The position numbers and the translations under genes are program-made. A stretch of 64,000 nucleotides of DNA, from assembly GCA_002104945.1 (NCBI GenBank), contig MCFH01000013.1, forward strand, positions 124,001 to 188,000, in the 5' to 3' direction. The notes beneath the pieces were generated by a model. The model made no database searches. It was not told where the DNA came from and was given only the letters and a program-made list of their open reading frames with translations. Source of the stretch: Piromyces finnis finn (Eukaryota; Fungi; Neocallimastigomycota). Positions 46,934 to 57,900 of the stretch are shown here, in pieces; position 1 is the stretch's first letter; the number at the start of each line of letters is the position of its first letter.

Positions 46934-48139
46934 CTAATATACAATATTTATTTGCCAAAACATTACTAACATTAAAGTAATAAATACATTTGTGAGAGAA
47001 ATATATTTGAAGTTTACAGTTCCGTTTGAATCTTCTTGTTCTTCATTAAGTTGGTTATCAATAATATAATAACCACAAGATTCACTATCAACTATATTAA
47101 TGTCATTATAAATATTAGTTATATCGGTATTGTTAGAGATAATTGGTGTATTGGATATACTGACTTTACTAATACTAGCATTATAATTAAACTCGCATAA
47201 CTTATTAATATAAAATATACCAATATTATCACAAATTTCTTTTCCAACTTTAGTATATTTTTTTTTAAAATTGGTATAGGTTGAATAGTCACAACCTGCA
47301 AATAGTGCAGCCTCAGCTGCTCTTCTTCTTACTAATCCTGGAAAAGGTACTAAAACACCGTTTACCCTTCCTTTGTAGTATTCTAATATCTTTTTATTAA
47401 TTTCTTCCTTTGTTCTCTGACCATTATTAGTTAATTCATCAATACTTCCAACATTATAAGCAAAACTACATAATGCATCATATTCATTTTGATTCCAATT
47501 ATATTTATAATTGAAAAATTTTACCATAGGACCATATTTTTTTTCGATTGAAAGTTTTAACCATTCCTCTGCAGTTTTTTCATCTATTGTTAAGCCCTCT
47601 TTGATATATGTGCCAGTAATATCATAGTTATCATTGGTAGTACCGTAACCAATAGTCCATTTTCCAACCGAATCTTTATAGGCAGTTAATATACATCCTT
47701 CAAAACCTTTGATTATGTTAATTATATTGTCACTTACTTTTAATTGATCATTATTTAGATTTGTATTTGGAACGCATAGTTGAACAACACTCTTTCCTGG
47801 GCATTGGTCCCTATATCTCGTGTAAGATTTTTCTGAACAGTCATCTTCATTTATATTTTTACATTTTCCTGTACTTGGAAGAGTTGTTCCATCTGAAAGT
47901 TTTTTGACATATTTTATACAGCATTTAATCTTTTCCGAGTCATTTTTACAATAACCTGGATATTTTGTAGCATTGCCTTCTTGTCCTTTATATATTATAC
48001 ATTGATCCTCATTAACGCAAACACCTGTTCCGACACTTTCTACATAACATTTTTGATTTTCAACAGCAATTACCAATGGTAGAATTAAAATTGTCGAAAA
48101 AATGTTTAAAAAATATATTACTTTGCTTCTTAATCTCAT
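46934..48139 (-). CDS. Secreted GH24 (phage-type) lysozyme with Cys-rich N-domain and hydrophobic C-tail
   Basis: Signal peptide; catalytic E-x8-D-x5-T in FEGCILTAYKDSVGKWTIGYG; NEYDALCSFAYNVG; GLVRRRAAEAALF; intact intronless 401 aa. Confidence 0.92.
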   Translation of the reverse strand: MRLRSKVIYFLNIFSTILILPLVIAVENQKCYVESVGTGVCVNEDQCIIYKGQEGNATKYPGYCKNDSEKIKCCIKYVKKLSDGTTLPSTGKCKNINEDDCSEKSYTRYRDQCPGKSVVQLCVPNTNLNNDQLKVSDNIINIIKGFEGCILTAYKDSVGKWTIGYGTTNDNYDITGTYIKEGLTIDEKTAEEWLKLSIEKKYGPMVKFFNYKYNWNQNEYDALCSFAYNVGSIDELTNNGQRTKEEINKKILEYYKGRVNGVLVPFPGLVRRRAAEAALFAGCDYSTYTNFKKKYTKVGKEICDNIGIFYINKLCEFNYNASISKVSISNTPIISNNTDITNIYNDINIVDSESCGYYIIDNQLNEEQEDSNGTVNFKYISLTNVFITLMLVMFWQINIVY

Positions 48140-48852
48140 TCTTTGGAGTATTTATAATATTAATATATTTGATGAAATTTAATAACTCAATTGTAAATAA
48201 TTATATAAAATAAATTTAGAGTTCACTAGTTAATTTATACTGTTTGTAGTGAATAAAGTAAACTGAGAATGAAATTCTATTGTTTATTTAATTCTAAATT
48301 TATATTTCGAATTTGTACTTTATTAACTTTGAATTTAATTTTACAATATTTATTCATAAATAGTTTCTAAAATAATTAATTCTTTTCAATTTTGAGTACT
48401 TTAATTTATTTATTTCTGAGTTTTAAGCATTGGCTGTATTTGAATAAAATAAATTTTATGTTGTTTCAAAATTATTTAGAGTTCAATTTGTTTTGTTTAT
48501 TTTTAAATTTAAAGATTTAAATTAAAAGTTAAAAAAATTTAAAATTCAATTTTAGAATAATTTGCTTTCGGAATTTAAAATTGTCTATATTATTTTAGTA
48601 TAAGGAAACTTTGTTTATATCAGGTAATGTTTTTCTATTTTAGATTGCCATTTCAATTTCAAAATTTTGAAATCTCAAATTCTAGATCTCAAAACAATTT
48701 TACCAAACATAGATAATTTCAGATTAAATAATTTAATTGTAATGGTTAGAATTTCCTACTGTTTTCTCCTTTGTCATAATTTAGTGTCCAGCACTCTTAT
48801 TCCATTTCTAAGAATCCTTTTAAGAGGCATTGAGATTCTCTCTTGAGAGTCA

Positions 48853-48867
48853 ATGAGACTCTTAATC
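48853..48867 (-). promoter_or_regulatory. PBS complementary to the anticodon arm of tRNA-Lys(CUU)
   Basis: Plus strand ATGAGACTCTTAATC abuts the LTR; GACTCTTAATC is the conserved anticodon arm of eukaryotic tRNA-Lys(CUU). Confidence 0.75.
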
Positions 48868-49084
48868 TATTAAGAGTTGTTTAATTTAGGTTTATAATTA
48901 TGTCAACTTTATTAATATATTTTATGATAAAGAACTACTTGCGTTACATTCTTCTCAAACTACATGTATTTATACATTTACATTGTGGCTTAAACATATA
49001 ATTAAATACAATATATACAAATACGTTTTAATACATTTCAATACATTTGAATACATGTGACATAACGTTTCACATATTCTAACA
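48868..49084 (-). repeat. 5' LTR of the copia-type element
   Basis: 217 bp, followed on the plus strand by TSD GAGGG. Confidence 0.93.
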
Positions 49085-50280
49085 GAGGGAAACAAATCGA
49101 TTATTATTATTATTTCCTTTTTTTTTTATTTTTTCCTTATTATAACAATACATAGCATTAAAAGAAGGTTCAAATTTAAAACGAGGAAATTTAATTCTTT
49201 TTATTCCTTCATAGCTTATTATTTCCATATTGTTAAAGCACCAATAAGCAAATTAACAAATAGTTAAAAAAGTATATTTTACAATTATATAATTAAATAT
49301 AATATCAATATAATATATACAATAAAAATATAATACGAATATTTATAATATATAACATAATATATAAAAAATATATACATGAATATTAATACTAAAATGT
49401 TTGTTATTATTTTTATAAATTACCATTACAATTTAGTAGTGGTATTTTTAATAATTTATCACAATAATATGATCTAATGTTTTACATTTATTTTTGTAGA
49501 AAAGAGACTTTTTTTTTTTTTAGAGTTATATACGAATTATACAATTATTAAAATAATTAAAGTTTTTATTTTTTATATATCTCATAGTTTTGTATATTTT
49601 ATAATTATAGAAATTACTATTATTTACGAAATCTTTATTTTAGTTATTATTTGTTTAGTTTATTAATAATTGATTAAACTAATATAATTGTTTAATCAAA
49701 AAAAAAAAAAAAAACAATATAAAAAACCTTTTTTTTTAATTTATTTATTATTTATTTATATTAAATTTTATTTTATTGTTAAATTAAACAATTAAACATA
49801 AATATATAAAATAAGGTTCTTTATTCATATTGAGTAATGGTATACTAAAAAAAGGAAAAAAAAATTTTAATATAAATTTTTAAACTATTTTTGTACAACA
49901 ATAAAAAATATATTATTTAATAAAACAATAATACAATATTATAATATATAAAATTAATAAAATGCGGATATTTTCAAATAATAATAATAATAATAAAAAA
50001 AAGATATATAAACAAGAAATTTTCTTTTTTCCTTATTAGAATATCAAAATTTAAAAAATATATATAAATAAATAAATATTTATATATATAAATAATAAAA
50101 TAATAAGAAATTATAGAAATTAAAAAAAAAAAAGCAAATTAATAAATATAAAATATTATTAATTTGTTAAATATTATTTAAATATAAACATAAACATATT
50201 AGTTAATCTTAATATTTAATTTATTTATTTTATTATAGTTTTTTTTTTTTATTTATTTATTTAAAAATATATAAATAAAA

Positions 50281-53200
50281 ATGAAATTTATTAACACTTT
50301 AGCTTTATTGGCTCTTATTTTCGAATGCCAATATTCTTCCTCATCCGCTAAAAATATTCCAAATGATCTTTCAATTTCTGAAAATGTTCATGAAAAGGAT
50401 AATTCTATTGAAATAGCTACTTCTAGTGTTGAAGAATCTAGTGATGATGATGTTGAAGATGTTTCTGCAGCTATCGATGTTGAGGAAATTGTTTCTGACG
50501 AAGAAAACTCTGAAAAAGAAAACGATGATCAAGAAAACAATGAACAAGATGATGTACCACACATGCCAATTAGAAATCAAAAAATTGCTCCAAAAATCTA
50601 TTTACCTTCAAAGGATTTTGTTTTAATTGAGAATTCCAAGGTGATGGCCAGTCTTTACATTGACGAAAACGATTCTGAATATGATGGTATTAGTGTTATT
50701 GCTCAAGCTCTTAGATCTGATGTTGCCAGAGTTATTGGCGATAAAATCGATAAGGAAGGTAATGCTGTTGAAAGTAAGAATGGTTTAAAAATTGAAACTG
50801 ATGCTAAAAAATTATCTGGCAGAGTTATTATTGTTGGTACTGCAGGTGAAAAGGGTAATGATGTAATCAACCAACTTGTCAATACCAAAAAGATTGACTT
50901 AAAGAGACTTGAAGGTCGTTGGGAATGCTATCAAATGCAAGTAGTTAAATCACCAATGACTGGAGTTGACGAAGCTCTTGTTATAGTCGGTAGTGACAAA
51001 CGTGGTGCCCTTTACGGTATGATGCATATCTCTGAAATGATGGGAGTATCTCCATGGGTTTGGTGGAGTGATGTTTTACCTGCTGTTCAATCTAGCGTTA
51101 CCCTTCCAGGCAGAGAATGTAATATCATTTCAAAGGAACCATCTATTAGATATCGTGGTATTTTCCTTAATGATGAAGCACCATCTCTTACCACTTGGAC
51201 AGACAAAAGATACGGTGGAAGAAATCAATACTTCTACCGTCAAGTTTATGAACTTTTAATTCGTTTAAAGGCAAACTACCTTTGGCCAGCCATGTGGGGT
51301 GACACTTTCAGTGCTGATGGTGTAGGTGATAGTCTTGCCAGTGCTAAGCTTGCTGATAAGTACGGTATTGTTATGGGAACTTCTCACCATGAACCACTTT
51401 ACCGTGCCGGTAGTGAATGGGCTAACTACTACAGAAACGACTTAAACTACACTTCTGCTGAAGCTTGGAATCTTTACAACATTCCAGGTCAAGAAGGCTA
51501 CCATCCAGAAGTTAACAAGGAAATCGAAGAATTCTGGACTGAAAGTGTTATCAGAAACAAAGAATTCGAAAACATTTGTACTGTCGGTATGAGAGGTGAA
51601 AACGATTCCACTCTTCCAGCTGCTGACGATCCACCAAGATACGCTGACTTACTTAACTACATTATCAATACTCAAAAGGGAATTTTAAAGGATCATAAGG
51701 ATACCAATCCAACTCAATTAGTCATCTATAAGGAAGTTGAAGACGCTTGGTATGCTGGTGAATTATACAATAAAGATTGTATGAAGCAAACTTATGCTAT
51801 GTTCTGTGATGATAACTGGGCTTACATGAGAACTTTACCAACTCTTGATCAACAAAAGCAAATTGCTGGTTCTGGTATGTATTATCACTTTGACTATGTT
51901 GGTGCTCCAAAATCTTACACCTGGGTTCAAAACACACAAATCTCTACTATTTGGGATCAAATGTCTATTGCTTACGACTATGGAATTGAAGGTGTCTGGA
52001 TTGCTAATGTTGGTGATTTAAAACCAATGGAAATTAACATCTCCTACTTCCTTGATCTTGCTTATGACTATGAATACCTTGGTACTGCAGGTCACAAGAG
52101 AATTGACGAATACAAATTCGAATGGGCTAAACAACAATTTAGTAGAAAAGATGGTAGTGGCTTAAGCGATGAAGAATGTAAAGAAGCTGCTAACCTTATT
52201 GATAGATACCTTGATCTTGAAACCAAGCGTGTTGTCGAACATGTTTTATACAACACTGTTGACACTTGTTCCGATATGTACAGTATCGACAATTACAACG
52301 AAGCTCTTATCATTCTTGAAGAATGTGATGATATTATGAAACGTACTGAAGCTTTATGGGCAAAGGTTCCTGATGATGTCAAGGCTTCTTTCTATCAACT
52401 TGTCTACTATCCAGCTATGGCTGTTCCAAATGTTTTAAAGATTCAAATCTACGCTGCTTTAAACAACAAGTACGCTAAACTTGGTCTTACCGTTGCTAAC
52501 AAGTATGCTAAATTATGCCAAGAAGCCATTGATCTTGATAATGAATTATTCGATGGTTATAATGAAAAGATGCCAGGTGTTGTTGAATCAGGTAAAAAGT
52601 GGAGTGGTATGATTTCTTGTGGTCAAAACTACCACATTGGTCTTCAAGCTTGGGATCGTGACAGTGGTAAGCTTCCAGACTTAATGACCGTTAATCCAGA
52701 ATCATCTTCTGAAATGCAAATTTTAGTTGAAGACATTACCGACAGTTTCAAGAATGTCGTTACCGAAGGTGAAACAAAGTTACCAACCTTCAACAGTGTT
52801 AGTGATGAAACCTTCAAGATTCAACTTCTTACCAAGGGTAGTGCCTACAAATTCAAGGCTACTGCTGATAAGTGGATCAAACTCTCTACTAAAAGTGGTA
52901 AGGTTGCTGAAGAAAAGGTTATTGAAGTTAGTATTAACTGGAAAAAGATAAATAAGGATTCTGAAGGTATGATTGTTATTACTTCTGGTGAACAAGAAGT
53001 TCATGTTAAGGTTGAAGCCAAGGTCATCGATAATGCTAAATTAGAACCAAAGACCTATGTAATGACTCATGATTATGTTACTCTTGATGTTGCCAACTTC
53101 AGTAAGAAGGTTGACGGTAAGGGTATCAATAACCAAGGAAAGCTCGTTAAGAATGAAATGATTGTTATTCCAGATAATGGTAAATATTTAAGCACTGTAA

Positions 53201-53634
53201 GAACCAGTAGTTCTACTATTACCTATGAAACTGCTGATGACTTAAAGAATGCTCCATACGTTGAATACAAGGTATACATTCCAGCTAAGGGTGAATACAA
53301 TTTAGAAAGTCAATTCAACCCAACTAGTAATCTTATTTATGGTAAGGAACAATTAAGATACGGTATTAGCATTGATAATGGTGAAATCGATATTATTAAT
53401 ACTCTTGTTAAAGACTACTTAGCCGGTACTTGGAAACAAGGTACTTGGGCTGCTGATATTGAAAATAACGGTAGAAGAAGTTACAAACAAAATATTACTC
53501 TTGATGAAGGTATTCACACCATTCGTTATTACCAATGTGATCCAAACATTGCTTTAATTAGAATGACACTTTACAAGGGAAAATTAGCTACTGTTTATGG
53601 TAGTCCAGCTGAAAGTACCTTTATTAAAAATTAG
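50281..53634 (+). CDS. Secreted GH115 alpha-glucuronidase, copy 2
   Basis: 1117 aa; differs from copy 1 by V/A in YET(V/A)DD plus a few synonymous changes seen. Confidence 0.92.
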   Translation: MKFINTLALLALIFECQYSSSSAKNIPNDLSISENVHEKDNSIEIATSSVEESSDDDVEDVSAAIDVEEIVSDEENSEKENDDQENNEQDDVPHMPIRNQKIAPKIYLPSKDFVLIENSKVMASLYIDENDSEYDGISVIAQALRSDVARVIGDKIDKEGNAVESKNGLKIETDAKKLSGRVIIVGTAGEKGNDVINQLVNTKKIDLKRLEGRWECYQMQVVKSPMTGVDEALVIVGSDKRGALYGMMHISEMMGVSPWVWWSDVLPAVQSSVTLPGRECNIISKEPSIRYRGIFLNDEAPSLTTWTDKRYGGRNQYFYRQVYELLIRLKANYLWPAMWGDTFSADGVGDSLASAKLADKYGIVMGTSHHEPLYRAGSEWANYYRNDLNYTSAEAWNLYNIPGQEGYHPEVNKEIEEFWTESVIRNKEFENICTVGMRGENDSTLPAADDPPRYADLLNYIINTQKGILKDHKDTNPTQLVIYKEVEDAWYAGELYNKDCMKQTYAMFCDDNWAYMRTLPTLDQQKQIAGSGMYYHFDYVGAPKSYTWVQNTQISTIWDQMSIAYDYGIEGVWIANVGDLKPMEINISYFLDLAYDYEYLGTAGHKRIDEYKFEWAKQQFSRKDGSGLSDEECKEAANLIDRYLDLETKRVVEHVLYNTVDTCSDMYSIDNYNEALIILEECDDIMKRTEALWAKVPDDVKASFYQLVYYPAMAVPNVLKIQIYAALNNKYAKLGLTVANKYAKLCQEAIDLDNELFDGYNEKMPGVVESGKKWSGMISCGQNYHIGLQAWDRDSGKLPDLMTVNPESSSEMQILVEDITDSFKNVVTEGETKLPTFNSVSDETFKIQLLTKGSAYKFKATADKWIKLSTKSGKVAEEKVIEVSINWKKINKDSEGMIVITSGEQEVHVKVEAKVIDNAKLEPKTYVMTHDYVTLDVANFSKKVDGKGINNQGKLVKNEMIVIPDNGKYLSTVRTSSSTITYETADDLKNAPYVEYKVYIPAKGEYNLESQFNPTSNLIYGKEQLRYGISIDNGEIDIINTLVKDYLAGTWKQGTWAADIENNGRRSYKQNITLDEGIHTIRYYQCDPNIALIRMTLYKGKLATVYGSPAESTFIKN

Positions 53635-54929
53635 ATAAAGATTTTTTTTTTAAATATATTGTTTATATTTAATTAAAAAAAAAAAAATTTAATTCATACA
53701 TATATATTATATAATAAATGTATAAACTATTAGATTATAAATAAATTAAAGTATTATATTATTTTAAACTTGTAATAAATATACAAAGAAAGAAAATTTA
53801 AAAATAATTATTTTACTAAAATAAACTAAATTAAAATTGTTAGAAAAAGAAGTTAAAAAATACTTTAGTAAAATAAAAGAAAAAAAAAAGTTAATAAAAA
53901 AGAAATTTAAAAAAAAAAAAAAAAAAATTGGATACATTTAATAAATTTAAATTAAATTAATTTTTCTATCCACAATAAAAACTCTAATTATATATATTTT
54001 AAAAAAATTGACATGCCGTTAAAAAGAAATTTATAATTAAAGTTTATGGGTACAAAAAAATTTTTACCAGATGCATCTCCTATTTTAATTTATATAAAAA
54101 AAAAAAGTAAAAGCCTACATTATAATAATGGGATAGTACATTGTCTAAACTGAGTATTAAGTATTCAATAATATTCGATTAGTTAACTACATTATTTAAT
54201 AGAAGATATTCTAATAGTCCTAATAATAACAAATAATATAGTTATTATGTCAATAATATGATAATAACATAACTATTCCTTTTATAATTTATCAGCAATG
54301 GACAATGTTTAGTAAATTTAAATTCATAATTGAAAATATCAAATGCTGAGGATAAAGTATAACAGATAAGTAGAACCAATAAAACCAATACTAATTTTAT
54401 TATGATAAAATTTGATTTTAATTTTTTAGTTTCTACGTAAGTTAAATACAATTATTACATTCAAGTATAATAGGGCTTTTTTCATCCTTTTGATTAAAAT
54501 CATTAGAATACTAGATTATATTCCTTCTTTATTAATTTCTTTTCTATCATTATTATATTAATTTAGAAATTCTTATGTATTAAAATATTAATAATGGTTT
54601 AAAAAATATTGCTATAATTAAAAGAGAATGAAAGAAAATCTACCAATTAACTTTTTTAAATATATATATATTGTATGCTATCTATATATGTATATTAATA
54701 AATTAGTTAACCTATACATACACTCATATTATTATTTTATATATTTTTTTCATTATATAATGAATAATTATTTATATAGTTTTCTATTGTATATTAATTA
54801 TATAACGGTGTTATTATTTAATAAATGTAATATAACAATATTATACATCTAAAATGATAAATTAATAAAAAATATTATCTCAATATTTTAAATTTACAAA
54901 ATATTGCTGGTTTTTTTTTTTTTTTTTTT

Positions 54930-57900
54930 TTATTAACTTTCTATCTTTGATATTCTTTCACGTAAAGTTCGCTCAACAAATAGAGTAATCTAATATTAAT
55001 AATATAAATGAAATATATCTTAATAAAATAATCTTTTTTTCATCATTCTTTCATACAATCTTTATGATAATTAAGTATTTTTATAAATATTTTTACCTTA
55101 TTAATTTTATAAAATAGCCATAATGGGTATTGTTTTGTATTTTTGGCTGATGAAATGGCTATAATGTCTTTGGTTAAATATTGATTATTAATTTTAAGAT
55201 AATTAATGGTTTGTTTTATTGCTAATTCCTTTTTCTTCAACATAACATCTTCTCTGATATGTTTTGTATTTGGTTGATTATAAAAATCTGAAGATGTTAA
55301 CCCATTAGAAGTATTAGATATTAAAGCTACATCCTCTGATATAATTGAAAGTCCTTGACGTTGACCTTGATCTAATTGTACTTGTTGTGCATTCTTAATA
55401 TCTTTACCGTATTGAATTTCAATTTGTTGAATAAGAATTGGCCTTTCTTTTGTAAGAGCTTCATTAAACCATTCTTGATTAGGATTACGCTTACCTTTTA
55501 TAAAATTCTAAAAAAGATGGAAATATATATTTAAATAAATATTTATATGTATTTTTTATAAAAATAATCAAATCTTGTAATTATAGTATTTCTTTAAGAA
55601 TAAAAAATATTGTTATTTTACCTTCATTAAATCTATAATTTCAATAAAGGATTGTTTTGTTGATCTAGTTATAGTAGTTGTCCACTGAGTCTTTTTCTGC
55701 AGCCATTCATATAATTCTTCAGATAATAATTCACTACCAATTATTTCTAACATATATTCAGCACTATGTTTCATAACAATTTGTTGACAAATATATTTGA
55801 ATCCTCTAATAATATATTAATAAATTAATGTATTATAATATTAGAATGGAAATTTTAATTATTATTAACTTTAAAAAAAAAAAGGAAATTCATACAATGA
55901 GGTTTTAGTGGAATCATATAAAGAAAGAATCGATGTAAACAGTGTTTTTAGAAGATCCTTTACATTGGATATATTTTTCTTGAGTTGGGATTTATCAGTT
56001 ATATTTTCAATCTAAATAATGATTTATATAATATAATATATGAATATATAAGTTAATTATTTTTTATGAAACTCAATATCATCTACTCTAAATTAATGAA
56101 AAAAAAAAGGAAAATATACATCTAATTTATTATTATATTGAGTTAATTTCTCTCTAATTTTAAGTGTAACTTCATTAACCCATTCAATACTTTGATATCT
56201 AAATAAAAATATTCATAAAAAATTTTTTTATTGTGTATAAATTTTATATTATTAGAATTAATTTTAATCTTATTAATGAAATATTATTGTTTGGAAACTT
56301 ACTTTAAATAATATTTCAATATTTCCATTTCAAATTCCTTACTAATAATAGATTGCTTAGCTATTTGTTTTTCAAAAAAAAAATAATAAATTGAATGATT
56401 TAATTTAATTTCAACTCAATATATTAACTATATATAATAGATTAACTATTGATATATTATTCATACTTGAGAAGCAATATTTTATTAATGCATTAACAAA
56501 ATAAAGAATATTATTTTCACCAAATCCATAACCAGAATCTTCTATATTATTATTTTCATTTTTAAAATCATTTTTACTTTCATTATCTTTATTATCTGAA
56601 AGTGAATTACTGAATCCATGGTAAAAATTAATTAACATTTCTGACATTTTATAATGATCTGATTTTTTATTTTGGAAAATATAGGCAATTAATACTGGAT
56701 GATAACTAAAAAGTAACTGAAATATTACATATTTTTTAAAAATTTATACATTATTAGTTTTCTATCAATAAATTACCACCATTATTAATAAAATAAAAGA
56801 AAAAATTCATTATCTTAAACTACAATGGTTAATAAAATATTTAATATTTACATTCTTCAAATGACTTGTTGCTTGTAAATTATTTCCAATTTTAAATAAT
56901 AAGTTCTTAATATCATCACTTGTTCCAATCTACATTAAATAAATTAATAAAAAAATATATTGATACATATTATTTATGTAAATAAAATAGGATATCCTAT
57001 GATAATATATGAAACATTTTGGTATACTAATATTTACATCATCTAAACTTAATAATGAAAGTGGAATTAAATTCCATCCAATGATATTACTAATATCATA
57101 AACGCATGCATCAGATAAATATATAACATTAACAAAATGACCTATAATAATATTCCATAATTCTAATTATGTATATATTTTATATATTTTAAAAATGTAA
57201 AAGATTTTTGATTACCATTAGGATAACTCGAAAAAAAAATATGTATTTTTTTTATATAATTATTGAAATATAGTAGTTACGTTTTTGTTTTTCATTAAAT
57301 AAAGCTGTAATATGTCTTTCTTTTAAGTCACAATTATTATTCATTATAAACTTATTATATATATTTTTAGTAATAATAACTGTATAATTAATTAAAATCA
57401 AAATATATAACAAAATAAATTAAAATAATTAATAAATATTTGCTTAAAAAAAATTATATACATATATATAGATAGATATATTAATTATTACCATCTCTAA
57501 TAAGCATCATTAAAGCATTACCACTAATATAATATAATATTGAATATTAAAGAAAAATATTTATATAATTTAGTTATTATATATTTATTTCATAAGCATA
57601 AAAATTTAAATACTCACCATTCAGCAGTGGTATATTCAGTCAACTTCTTTCTATTTTGATCCGCTCGTATTATAACATCTTCAATGCGTTCTTCATCAGC
57701 TTCTGCCATAAAGTTTCTATCAATTCTTTTTAATTCTTTTACAGTAGTTTCTCGATACTTTATAATTACTCTTGCTGCAGCACATTTCTTATCATCCGAA
57801 AAAGTAGTTAAATCAATTGTAGGTAATAAATTACTATAATTCATAATAAATTGTAATTGGTGAATTATTAATAATAGTATTAGTAATAAATATGTAAATA

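Larger units (their letters stand above)
44196..49084 (-). mobile_element. Non-autonomous Ty1/copia-type LTR element (4889 bp) carrying a GH24 lysozyme gene
   Basis: 217-bp direct repeats that read identical (44196-44412, 48868-49084), TSD GAGGG (44191-44195, 49085-49089), PPT GAGGGGGAA (44421-44413), internal-tRNA PBS (48867-48853), minus-strand start TGTTAG; no intact gag/pol. Confidence 0.9.

Noticed and set aside
22368-53634. Inverted duplication as a pure assembly artefact
   Set aside because: Copies differ by substitutions, have diverged flanks and a copy-specific insertion with TSD; long reads are still needed for certainty.
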